Shown piece after piece: positions 51,982 to 64,000 of a DNA stretch of 64,000 bases. Below the pieces are notes generated by a model. It saw nothing but the letters and a program-made list of their open reading frames with translations, searched no databases and was not told where the DNA came from. The position numbers and the translations under genes are program-made. The stretch covers positions 154,566,001-154,630,000 of the forward strand of contig OZ024740.1 in the NCBI GenBank assembly GCA_964016885.1, given 5' to 3'. How positions within the stretch are numbered: position 1 is the first letter of the stretch; every line of letters begins with the position of its first letter. This DNA comes from Eledone cirrhosa. Taxonomy: Eukaryota.

Positions 51982-53769
51982 CATGTGTGTATGTGTATAC
52001 CTGCCTGTGTGTGTGTATATACCTGTCTGTGTGCGTGTGTGTACCTGTCTGTATGTACGCGTATCTGTGTAAGTGTCGAATTGCACCTTTTTGCGTCCAA
52101 AGGTAACTCATTGTTTGATAAGTAGAGAACTCGATAAAGCATGACAGAAATAAGACATCAATAGGTTCTGAACTAATACGATCGGCTAAAATCCTTCCAA
52201 GGCAGTGATTTAGTTCAATGACTGAAACCAATAAAAGAGTAAAAAAAGTAAAAGTATAAAATGTTTCATTTTTCCCGGATCAATAATTGAACGTGAAATA
52301 TTGGGAACAACATACACTGCTGTGTTCTACTTCTACGTTTCCTTTGAACGATTGGGAAGTAATTATTTATAATCATTTATTTCATCAAATGGCAGTGTCA
52401 AAGGATATGTTAATCCCTCTTATCATGTTGTTTACATTAGAATTTAATTCAAGATATAACATGTCGCTACGCCTTTGTTACGTTGGGATCAAACCTAGAA
52501 ATACAAAGACACTGCTATCTGCGATATCAATGCAATATTCTGTTTGTATAAAGATTATATTTCACCAAGGAGACCTAATATTTTGTAAATGTCTTAAGTT
52601 ATTCGTTCCGATTCCTTGCACTCTGGGTTCAAATCCGCTTAGGTCAACTTTGACTTTATACCTTTCGGAGTCAATAAACAAAGTACCAGTCAAGTACTTA
52701 ATTCTCTCTCCTCCCCCCCCCCCCTCTCTGATTTGACTACGTGCCGCTACGAGAATGGTCTTGGGAAACTATTCTCAGCGTCTCTTTTTCTAGAATTGGG
52801 GAAGGGTTCAGTAGAAAAGAACCTTATATGCTACTGAAACTATTCAAGGATGGCCTAAAGTACAGCAAAGCAATGAATGGACTCAAGATGTCGTTATACT
52901 GCCGAGATCAGACTCCAATTATACTGCGTTGCTCGAATTCTAATTTTAACTAATTAATTAAAAATTCAGGGTTGTCTCTGCTGCCTTTCTTCAGCAGAAT
53001 AAATAAGGTAATAAATATCTCTCTTCACTGCGAGAGTAATTTAAATAACATTTTTCTGGCTCTCTACATTAAGTATAATTTCTCCAACCATATCATTTTT
53101 TTTTTCTTTTCGCAAAACGCGAACCTAAGTATTTTTCTCTCGTCTTTTGTTTTTTATAAGTTAGTCGGGGGAGAGAAAGTTCCTATGACCTTTGCATGTC
53201 GCCCCAGACTGATGAGTGTAACGTGGTTGATGATAAATTTAAACATAAGTAGATCAATGTCTAACGAGTAAATGTAAGTGGTGGTAGAGCCGACCGTCGG
53301 ATATTTATTACAGTTAACTACACTCTGAGTTGAAAACCCGTTAAGGTTAGCTTCGCCTTCCATCATTCCATTGTCGATAAAAATGTACCAGTTGAGTACT
53401 GGGGTTGATTCTTCCTCTATATCTCTTTCTTAATTCCACCCTATCATCCTGGAAAAAATCGACTGTATTCAAACATTGAGAGGGAATGGGCCCCATCAGG
53501 TTTAAAATGTCCCCAGCGAATCCAGTAGGAGTTACAGTTTCATATGTACATAAACAATTGGAGTCGATATCACCGTTTGTTTATAGGAAGTTTACAAAAT
53601 TAATTCCTATAAGATATTGGATCCCGCATGTATGTATGTATGTATGTATGTATGTATGTATGTATGTATGTATGTATGTATGTATGTATGTATGTTTGTA
53701 TGTATATACACATGTACATATGTATGTGTATGTATATGCGTATATACATGGGTGCATGTGTATGTATAA

Positions 53770-54123
53770 GCGCGGGGACATAGAAATAGTCGGGCTGGAC
53801 ACCCGATCGCGCGGTTAAACCACTGGGAGTGAAGGACTCCTAGCCTTTGTCAGGGCATTCTTCTAGGAGAAGGCAACTCAGGAAACTGGGATAACTCCGA
53901 TATAAAACCTGCAGCTCAGTAGTTACCGATGATGTTGATCTTTTCTTCTTTTCGGGTTATAGCTACTGTCGCTCAGAGAGTGGGATTGGCTCAGTGCACA
54001 GTCTTTCCTTAGTTTAAAAAATATCTTCACGCACAGGCATTTCACGATAGAATTAATTAATAATTATTAATAATGGTATATCGTGCAATGGCCATACTCG
54101 ATAAGGAGGAGGCAGCCATCATC
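53770..54123 (+). mobile_element. Bipartite non-autonomous derivative of RTE-A/B, family N2
   Basis: 53770-54075 matches the RTE-A 5' UTR (29094-28790), starting at the same gcgcggggac. It is fused to the RTE 3' terminus tatcgtgcaatggccatactcgataa...gcagccatc. Confidence 0.88.
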
Positions 54124-54456
54124 ATATTTGTAGTTATGTATGCTCACGTGCGTATATGTGTGTATGTATGTATGTATGTATGTATGTATGTATGTATGTA
54201 TGTATGTATATTTGTATGTATATATGCTCACGTGCGTATATGTGTGTATGTACGATCGTTGCACCAATACTAGAAAGTACGATGTATTTGTAAAAGGATG
54301 AAGAGAGGTATTAATGAGAGAAAGATATGTATGGCAGGAATTATAGAGTATGTATAAATATATATATATATATACATACATACATGCATGCATACAAACA
54401 TACATACATACATACATACATACATACATACATACATACATACATACATACATACA

Positions 54457-55059
54457 TGGTGGTGGCTGCCAACTCGTATTCGAGTACGGCCACTACTTTA
54501 TATGCATGTAGGAGAACCCCTACCGATGCGCTGAACGAGTGTGATTTTTTAGTCCAGCCAGCGACTTGAAAACTCTGGTACAAACACTAAAATTGTGACA
54601 ATTATTGACACATAGTACTGGGCCCATGGTACCATGTGACGACAAGTGCAGAGAGATCTCCAGATATAAAGCAATGCCTGTGTCGTGAAGCTTTTATAGT
54701 GAGCAAAAGCACTGCACAAAGCCAGTCCCACTCTCTTAACCAAGATGATATTTACCAAAAAGAAGAACAAGTCAACATCATTGGATACCATCAGAGTTGC
54801 AGGTGTTATATCAGAGTTTTCCTTCTCCTAGAATTCTGCCTTGACAAAGGCTAAGGGGTCATCTCTCCCGGTGATTTTGGATGGCCATTGACTCTTAAGA
54901 GCTCCTTTGCCCTTTGACAGGTTTTGTTTTTAGTCCTGCAGGACGTCCAAAGTCACCCTCCTCACCAAGAAACCTTGGTGGGGTTGCCAGTTTAGTCGCC
55001 AACGACCCGACCATGAGACAGGTTGTACTGGGATACATGTTACCGGTAGCACCAACTAT
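54457..55059 (-). mobile_element. N1 element (longest copy)
   Basis: Matches the other N1 copies. (TATG)n tail. Confidence 0.85.
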
Positions 55060-55078
55060 ACATACATACATGCATACA

Positions 55079-55455
55079 TGGTGGCTGCCAACTCGTTTTC
55101 GAGTACGGCCACTACTTTATATCCATGTAGGAGAACCCCTACCGATGCGCTGAACGAGTGTGACATTTTTGTCCAGCCAGCGACTTGAAAACTCTGGTAC
55201 TAACACTACACTTGTGACAATTATTGACACATAGTGCTGGGCCCATGGTACCATGTGACGATAAGTGCAGAAAGATCTCCAGATATAAAGCAATGCCTGT
55301 GCCGTGAAGCTTTTATAGTGAGCAAAGGCACTGCACAAAGCCAGTCCCACTCTCTTAACCAAGATGATATTTACCAAAAATAAGAACAAGTCAACATCAT
55401 TGGATACCATCAGGGTTGCAGGTGTTATATCAGAGTTTTCCTTCTCCTAGAATTC
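55079..55455 (-). mobile_element. N1 element, inserted in the tail of RTE-B
   Basis: Head-to-tail between RTE-B's (TATG) tail and the next N1 copy. Confidence 0.85.
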
Positions 55456-55531
55456 ATGCATACATACATACATGATGGCTGCCCCCTCGTTATCGAGTAT
55501 GGCCATTGCACGAGAAAAAAAGAAAAAAAAA

Positions 55532-55571
<40 letters not shown>

Positions 55572-55754
55572 TTTTCTTTATTAACCACAAGGGTTTACAT
55601 AAAGTAGACATTAAGGACAGTACAGGACAATACATGACGGTACAAATGGGCATTTCTGCATGTAAAAAACAGAGGATGTAATAAAATAACGAAGAAAAAT
55701 TCCCCAATAGGAGGAAGACTTCCGAGGGACATTTGTGGAGAAAGCCCTTTATTT

Positions 55755-58594
55755 CTCCAAGTACGTCGTCGCTCTTACCCTCCACTAATCCCCTATAGAA
55801 CGCCAAGGTGGAGTTTCCACCGATCACATTGCCCGATTGGTCGAGGGCTGTGAGCGCCTGAAGACATTCCAGTCTCCAAGCGCTCCCTCTCGGTCTTCGC
55901 TTGACCCAGGACTGCAGCTCCGTCAAGGAGACGAGCTGGGGAAAAACGCGTCTAGCAAACGGCGACCACACCATATCACCGTCGAGGAAGAGGTGGAGAT
56001 GTCGTAGCCTGAGCGCGTGTCTGCGCATCATCAGCCACGGCATGCCCAGCCCTCCACGTAGCGGGTGTTGACAGCAGATGGACCACCTGACCATCGGATC
56101 GCGTCCCTTCCACAAGAAGCGAAAGAGAAAACGCTCCAGCGCAGTCAGGCGGGGCTTAGGACAAGGTACGACGGTTAGGCGGTAGTAGATGACGGACGCG
56201 ATGTACGCGTTAGCCACCTCCGCTCGACCTTTCAGGGATAGCTTCCTCTCGGCCCATTTCTGGGTGAGAGAAGCCACCCTGCTCGTCACCTCGTCCCAGT
56301 TTTTGTCCGTCTGGAGGTCTGGACCGAACCAGACCCCTAGCAATTTAACCGGTCCATACGTCCAGCGCCCGACGACGCTGTTGGACTGCATGGACCTGCC
56401 TCTCCAGGTGCCGAGCTGCAGGCCCACTGACTTTTCCTGGTTGATCATTGCTCCTGTCACCGCTTCGTATTCTCTTAGTGTAGTGCCGATCGCCTCGATG
56501 TTTTTGGCGTTCGACACCACTACGGTGACATCGTCGGCATATGCTGACACGGATCTTCCGCATCCTAGTTCGAGCGGGACCCCCCTCAATGTCTCCAGTT
56601 TGTGCAGTAATGGCTCGAGAGTCAATACGTACAATAGGGACGAGAGGGGACATCCTTGGCGGACCGAGCGCATGATGTTTAACGGTTCCGAAAGGTGACC
56701 GTTCACTCTCACTACAGAGCAGATGTCGCTGTGCATGGCAGCGATCCAGCCTCTGAAGACCGTCCCAAAGCCAGCCGCCCTCAGGACTGCCGCTAGGTAA
56801 CGATGGTCGACCCTATCGAAGGCTTTCGACTGATCTAAATTGATCAAAGACCCACCCGTGCCAGGTTCCCTAGCTACCCTCTCTACGATGTATCGCATGA
56901 GGTGGAGGTTGTCGTGGATGGATCTGTCGGGAATGGCGCATGTCTGTGCCTCTCCCACCAGACCACCAACGACAAGCGCCAACCTCTTTGCTAGCACCTT
57001 GGCCAAAATCTTGAACTCTGTGTTTAGCAGAGTTATGGGCCTAAAATTATCTATGTTATCCCCCTTGTTCGGATCCTTTCTCAGCAGCGCCACCGCTCCT
57101 CGGCTCACAGAGCTGGGAATTCTCCCGTTCTGTTGCCAGTTGCAGTAGACGTCCGCCAAGAGGCCTCCGAACAAGTCTGGCATTTGTACGTAAAGTTCAT
57201 AGGGCAGACCATCCAAACCAGGCGATTTACACCCTTGTGCAGCGAGTCATTGCCTCCCGTACTTCAGCGGTTGTTATCGGCTTTTCGCAACACTCCGCCT
57301 CAGTGGCCGAAAGCCGCGGCAGTCCGTCGAGGGAGACACTAAAGTCCATCCCTCGATCCGGCCCGCCACTGCCCCCGAAGAGTTGAGCGAAGTGTCGCTG
57401 AAAAGCTTCACACATTTGCCCGGGATCGAGTAGCATGCGCCCGTCGTGGTCCACCAAAGACCGGATCATGGCTTTATTGGCACGACGCGCCTCCGCCACT
57501 CGGGCCCATTGAACGGCTTTCGTCCCCTCGTGTCTGAGAGCACGCACCCCAGCTCTGACAACGCAGCCTTCGTGCTTTGCATTGAAGAATTGGTCAAGGG
57601 CCAATTTCGCCGCAAGTACGTCGGTCGCGATGCCTTTGCTAAGTGCCTCGTCTAATTTTCTAACTAATTCTCCCTCTGCTCTATTTTTCTTTATTGCTAA
57701 AGCCTTACTAAACCTAATGGACTCTATTCTAATTGCTCTTTTCAGAGCAAACCACCACTTGTTGTTGACGATGGCCCCCGTCAACGCCCGCTTAACTAGT
57801 TCGCTAATCCGGTCTCTGTAGGCCTTGCGCGCTGGTAAGGACGCGTTTAGCTTCCAGTAGCCGGCTCCTCGTCTATGAAGCCTATCTAAGTCAAGCACAC
57901 AGATCACGAATTTGTGGTCCGTGTAGCTGACTATCTTGAAATGTGGACAGCCTATGCTAGACCTATCTATTTCCCTACAAAATACTCTATCTAGATATGA
58001 TCTGGATGACCCTATGCGATTTGTCCAAGTCCACATTGGTACATTCGGGAAATCCATTCGGTACCTGTCAGACAGTTCAAAACGCCTGAGCAGGTTGGTG
58101 AGACTCTTGCACCCTCCTTCCCTATCCACTAATCCCACACAATCCCAGCGTGCATCTAAGATCACGTTCCAGTCGCCCACTAACACTAAAGAGCGGGACG
58201 TTCCAAGAAAGGTCTCCAGACGCCGGAAGAAATCAGGCCGCCCTGCTCCTGTCGAGGCATAGACGGCCACTAACCTGAAAGCTTGCCCGTCTCCGCTGGT
58301 CACGTCCAGCACCACCAACTTACCTTCTGGGTCCAGGAAGATGGCCCGTATGGCAAGATCCAAACCTCTCCGAAAAAGCACAGCAACTCCTTCCCCCGAT
58401 CCCGGACGGCTGGGAGATGCGTACACATCGTAGCCGCCGAAGATCGGTGCGAAGGCCCGTGCTTCGGAGATTCTGGTCTCGCTGATGGCCACTACACCTA
58501 TGTTTAGTGACCCGAGGTCGTTGAGCAGGTGGCCCTGCTTCCATGACGACCCCAAGCCACGCGTATTTATGCTGCCTATTCTGAGTGTGGTCAT
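55755..58594 (-). pseudogene. Tx1-B ORF2 (APE-RT), one frameshift, C-terminal zinc domain deleted
   Basis: GSINTRGL, ISET, GDWN, TDHK, YWKLN, LDQSKAFDRVDH, RQGCPLS, AYADD. Homology to Tx1-A stops after DDVLGE. Confidence 0.9.
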
Positions 58595-58628
58595 GTTGAA
58601 ATGGAGTGGAAAAGATGGGAAAGACCAC

Positions 58629-60568
58629 TTACCTTACTTCTCGTAGGGGAAGGACAGTTTTTCCATCCTTTTCACTGCTTGTGGCCTCCTCAGGAAGGAT
58701 GTCCTTATAAATCCTCCTGGAGAGTGCTTGTCGGAAGTCTCCGATGTCTTTGGGGAATTTTTGTTTTAGTGTCATGTACGTTTTCTGTGTGATGCGAGTG
58801 ATTTGTATGTGTGGAGGTCGTGTGAATTTTTGGGTTGTTGTGTAGTCTTTTTCTGTGATGCTGGTGTTGTGTTGGATGTAGTGTAATAATTGCTTGTTCA
58901 AATTTAATGCTGTGTAGTGTGTATCGTTTTGGTTGTTTTGTTTTGTTTGCGTTTGTTGTGGGTTTGTTTCTGTTTCGCATTTTGGTGACTTTTGTGGTGT
59001 AGGTGATGGTGGTGTTGGGGTTAATGATGGTGATGGTGTTGGTGTTTGGGTTGATGGGGTTGGTGATGCTGGTGTGGATGGTGGCATATCTGTCCTAACT
59101 TTTTGTTTGTTAATTTATTTGTTTCCCTCTGTATTTTGTTTTTGGAGGGGGGAGGAAGAGAATTTTTTCATTTTTGGTTTCTTTTTTTTTTTCCTGATAC
59201 CGTTTCCCACTCCTCGTCGTCACAATCTGTCTCCAGTTGTGATAGGCCGGGGAGTGGAAAATCTTCCACAGGCGTTAGTTTTGGTTGTGGCGTGGTGGAT
59301 GGTGTAGGCGCTGGTGCTAGTTCTGAAGCGTTGGGTGGTGGTGGTGTTGGTTTTCCTGGTGGTGGTGGTGTTGGTCTTGCTACTGTTGCTGGGGTTGTTG
59401 CTGTTATAGTTGCTTCTGTTGTTGCTGCTACAGTTGTTGCTGCCATCTCTGCTACTGGTGGTGTTGATGGTTGTGTCACTGGGGTGGGTAGGAGAGGTGG
59501 CCTCAACCTTTTAGCCTGAGGGAAGAAAGCCCTTAGGTGGGTTCCTTCACCACAAACGACACACCTAGGCCTTCTGCCCTCGACAATTACGGTGAGGTGG
59601 CTGCCGTCAGTGAGGTCTATTACCTCTGGGATCTCCTCAATGCTTTTTTGGTCCGCTTGGATTAGGAGCTCCATCCCAGTTCTCCTGCTTTTCTTTTGCT
59701 ATTGCTATTATCTTTGTGTTGGCTTCAATGCCGGCGAGGACGGCCGCTATTAGCCAGGGAATTTCGATGGCCGGTGGAACGTGGGTCACCCTGATCTTTA
59801 CGAGTCTCTGGCCACAATAGCTTGGGACGAGTGTGAAGTCGTCACTTCTTAATGGGGCCATGGAGTGTTCTCTAGCCTCCTCTGGTGTTTCAAAGAACAC
59901 GTCCACGGTTCCATACTTCTGCCCACGTCTGATGTGGGTTTTTCTTGCCCACACATGTCCCAAAGCTTTTTGGATTTGGGACTCGGATGCCCGTTCCACT
60001 CGGCGCGATTTTACATTTATTGTTCGATACGACACGCTGCATAGGCGCCGATGCTCCATTTTATTAGGTGGGGGGTGAGGCTGACCCTGTGCCCATCTTT
60101 CTTTACCATTTGTTTGGCATTTTCTAAATCCTCCTGAGTTACCGTAAATGCTTCGAACTGTTTTGCTACTCTGGCAAAACTCAGGGTGATTTTTTTAATG
60201 TCATTGTTGTTGTTGTTGCTATCGTTATTTTTGTTATTATTAATTTTAGTTTCAGTTGTGGTGGTGGTGACGTCAGTGAAGTTCGGTTTGGGAGAGTCCA
60301 TTTTGATTGAAAATATTTCGACATCACGAGTTGATTTATTTTTTCCTTTTGTTTCTGTTGTCGCGGTGGTGGTGGTGGCGGCTTTAACACCTGCAGTATT
60401 TCGTAATGGCGGGAAATGAATGTCTGCCTGAGACAAATTTAAAATATTGCTAGTGCTTAAATTGTTTGTGTTGGAAGACGTATAATCATTTACAATGGTG
60501 GTGTCGGTGTGAGGTGTTAATTTGTGAGAAAGGCTTTCAGCTGCTTGGTGCAGTGGTGAATTAGCCAT
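58629..60568 (-). pseudogene. Tx1-B ORF1 (RRM-like region, zinc knuckle, Pro/Thr-rich linker), frameshifted
   Basis: Four consecutive frames. GRRPRCVVCGEGTHLRAF knuckle. The C-terminus aligns with Tx1-A ORF1 (FPKDIG vs FPQDVG). Confidence 0.8.
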
Positions 60569-60777
60569 TTTTTTTCAAAGAAATTTTTTGATAATCATAA
60601 AAGTTTAAATTTTGGGCACAAGGCCCCAATCTTTTTGGGTGTCCTTTTCGGAAAACAATGTATGTGCGCTTATATATAGTTAACAATAAAAATTTTCCAT
60701 AAATGGCAATTTTTAACAAACGGAAATAACAAACCTTTGAGGAGCTCACGATGATACGATTGACTACGTAGGTCGCC

Positions 60778-60831
<54 letters not shown>

Positions 60832-60884
60832 AAACAAAAATAAAAATTAAAAAAAAAAAAAGAAATATATATATATATACATAT

Positions 60885-60918
<34 letters not shown>

Positions 60919-61082
60919 TCACACACACATATACACACACACATACATTAATAACAATAATAATAATAATAATAACAACAACAACAATAATAACGACAAC
61001 AACAATAATAATATACATATACATATATATATACACACACACACACACATAAGCATATCTACACACACACACACACACACGA
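60778..61082 (-). repeat. Compound microsatellite cassette in the RTE 3' UTR (copy 3)
   Basis: Same block order and spacer as copies 1 and 2. Confidence 0.85.
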
Positions 61083-61088
61083 TAGCAA

Positions 61089-64000
61089 CTAACAGCGCTC
61101 CGATCGAATGTGGCTTTTTAGCCCAGCCAATGATCTAAAATGTCTTGCACAGAGAATAGTCGGCTGTGGTTAGAGTTCGTGTACTTTTGCATGTCGCTTG
61201 AGCCCTCCTGCTGATTTACATTCTCTACCACATGTTTGGCAAGCATGATGAGTAGCATCTCCAACAGCAGCCTGGTAGTCAACCACTGGTCTTACTTTAT
61301 GACTGCGAAGATGACTTTCGAGTCCAGCTTTGCTTAGGCAGAGTCACGCACATACGCTGCATGTCAGCACCATAGGAGGACCCTCGCCGTCTGGAAGTGC
61401 AACAGCAATGCCCTTCCTCACATCCCGCTTTACTTTCTCGTATGCGATTCGAGATGCCTCAAAGGCAACTTTTCCCTCATATACAGTCTTTCTCCATTTA
61501 TTACGATCAGCAGCAATATTCTCCCATGTATCAGCAGAGATGTTAGCGTCTTTCAGAGAGGCTTTCAAGGAATCCTTATACTTCTTTTTTGGTTTATGTG
61601 GCGGTCGTTTTCCTTTGACCAACTCTCCATAAAAGAGTTGTTTTGGTATTCTAGAATCCTTCATCCTGGCAAGGTGACCACTCCAACGGAGTCGTTGCTT
61701 AAGCACAAGAGCTTCTATACTGTCACACATAGAGCTTTCCAAAGTCTCGACATCACTGATGTGGTCCCTCCAGTGAACGCCATGGATCCGTCTGAGACAC
61801 ATCTGATGGAAACGCTCCAATTGCTTAAGGTGGTGTCGATATGTGACCCAGGTCTCGCAGGCATAAAGAAGACAAGAGAGCACACATGCCCTGTACACCT
61901 TTACCATTGTCCTCCTGCATATGTCTCGCCGACCCCAGAGTCGCCTTTCTAGCTTTCCGAAAGCATCACTTGCTTTCCTAATCCTAAGTGAGATTTCACT
62001 GTCAAGGTTGCTATATCGATTGACAGTGCTTCCCAGGTAGACAAACTGATCAACCACTCCAAGTCGTTTGCCATACACATAGATGTTTGGTTCAGTGTAC
62101 TGCTTACCAGGGGCAGGTTGGTACATGACGACGGTTTTCTTGAGACTGACAGTCAGAACTAGGGCAGTGCACGCGTCAGAAAATGCATTCAAAATGTGCT
62201 GCATATCACTCTGTGTGTGCGCTACAAGATCGCAATCATCTGCATACAAGAGGTCTCTTATGATTGATGTAAACACTTTTGTCTTCGCAGCAAAGCGCCT
62301 GATGTTAAATATGCTGCCTGAGGTTCGATATCGGATGTAAACACCATGCTCGCAATTCCTGAATGCAATACAGAAAACCATTGCAAAGTATATGGCAAAC
62401 AGGGTCGGTGCTGGAATATCCCCCTGCTTCACTCCATTTTTTACTGAGATAGGCTCCGATATGTTACCCCGAGATTAACCCAAGCCTTCATGTCGTCATG
62501 GAAAGACCTAACTAAAGCAAGGAACTTATCAGGGCAACCAAGTTTCTGGAGAACCTTCCATAATGCATCTCTGTTAACAGTATCGAAAGCTTTTGTCAGA
62601 TCGACAAAAACCTGATACAGATCCAAGCCTTGTTCCATGCACTTCTCCTGGAGCTGTCTAGCTGAGAAGATCATATCAGTAGTGCCGCGTCCAGCACGAA
62701 AACCAGATTGACTTTCAGGAAGAACACAATCTGCAATGTGTGTCAGCAGACGGTCCAGAAGCACCCTACATAAAACTTTCCCTACGACAGAAAGCAATGA
62801 TATACCTCTGTAGTTCCCACAATCGTTCCTGTTACCCTTTCCCTTGTACAAGACCACCATTACTGCATCTCTCCAGTCCTCAGGTACGGATTCATTAGCC
62901 CATATCCTGCCAAACAAAGAGTGAAGATGTTGCAGGAGTCTCTCACTACCATATTGTAGGAGCTCAGCATGTATGCCATCCATACCTGGAGATCTTCCAC
63001 TGTTCAGCTTCCAAATAGCCACTGCAACCTCCACAAGCGTCGGAGGTTCTGTGAGAGCTACTTTCACAGGACTTTCTGGAATGAGATTGAGGAAATCTTC
63101 ACTGACGACAGACGGCTGATTCAAAAGATCATCAAAGTGCTCTCGCCACCTTCGTAGAATTCCTTGTGAGTCACGAAGAAGTTCTTTGCCATCCTTGCTG
63201 CGAAGCGGTGTCACCAGAGAAGAAGACGGTCCATAAACCTCACGCAAGAGACTGTACAACAGCTTTGTGTTATTGGAATCAGACGCAGTTTGTATCTCAC
63301 CAGCCTTCTCACTCCACCACTGATCCTTCATCTGCGAAAGACTCCGCCTAACACGTGATTTTACATCCCTGAGTTCCTCCTGCAACGTATTCCTCTCCTG
63401 TGGTTTTGCCGTCAAGTAGCGTGACAGAGCGCGCCTCTTATCAGCCAACAAGTCTTCTATATGTACATCATTCTCATCAAACCAGTCCTGATGTTTCCTC
63501 TGCGCCAATCCCAGAACACGCCTGCCTACATCATAAACCGACTTTTTAAGGGTCGGCCAATCCTCACCAAGATCTGCAGCCTGCATCTCTTCTTCCAATG
63601 TCCTCTTCACATTTTTATCCTTAAGACGAGCAGCATTCAATCTTTTGTGCAGGGCAACACCAGGAGCCCGGATTTTACGTTAAGTGATTAGTTTCACTTT
63701 TGCGCGTACCAGGCGGTGGTCCGTCCAGCACTCAGATCCAGCTCCTCACACATCTGCAGCAGGAGCATACCATTGCTGTTACACTTTTCCACCCCATGCC
63801 TTCCGATTACATTCCATGTGTTAAAATCTCTACCCACTCTAACATTAAAGTCACCAAGCACGAGGACTTTGTCTGCCTGAGGGATATTTCTTAAAACACG
63901 TTTCAAGGCATGGTAAAAGGACATCTTTTCCTCATCGACAGAACTCATAGTTGGAGCATACACACTCACCAGGGTAGCATATCTTCCCTTGTCTAGCGGA
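61089..64000 (-). pseudogene. RTE-B ORF (APE part, RT, C2H2 fingers)
   Basis: SVYAPT, RSPGMDGI, NYRGISLL, FVDLTKAFDTV, KQGDIPAPTLF, LLYADD, YLGS. About 150-bp deletion at about 63734 relative to RTE-A. Confidence 0.9.

Larger units (their letters stand above)
55571..60777 (-). mobile_element. Tx1/L1-clade LINE (Tx1-B), apparently 5'-complete, inserted in (ATT)n
   Basis: 5' UTR, ORF1, ORF2 and AATAAA present. Long (ATT)n on both sides. Confidence 0.92.
55471..64000 (-). mobile_element. RTE-clade LINE copy B (continues past the window edge); 3' UTR interrupted by Tx1-B
   Basis: Highly similar to RTE-A. ORF pieces at 64000-61089. The 3' terminus is displaced to 55474-55513. Confidence 0.9.

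Overview
Eukaryotic, AT-rich and extremely microsatellite-rich DNA. The repeat repertoire suggests an octopus or other coleoid cephalopod, which is an inference and not verified. I find no convincing host protein-coding gene. The only clear host gene is an intact tRNA-Leu(CAG) at 16520-16603. The rest is a nested pile of non-LTR retroelements: a Neptune-type Penelope-like element (PLE), RTE-clade LINEs with three families of bipartite non-autonomous RTE derivatives, two different Tx1/L1 elements plus older relics, two R4/Dong (RLE) families and tRNA-derived SINEs. There is also a non-autonomous Helitron and MITEs. Most short ORFs in the track are translated microsatellites. Main observations: (1) An RTE family carries a ~300-bp compound microsatellite cassette in its 3' UTR. 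In two of three copies, two different Tx1 families inserted independently into the same (ATT)n tract of that cassette. (2) Each retroelement class sits in its own microsatellite niche. (3) There are ten minimal type-I hammerhead ribozyme motifs from about seven families, mostly in short fold-back elements beside (TA)n tracts, and one further fold-back element contains a tRNA-like head. (4) The dominant SINE shares its 3' end and ATTAT target with the Tx1 elements. Coordinates were counted by eye and may be off by a few bases.
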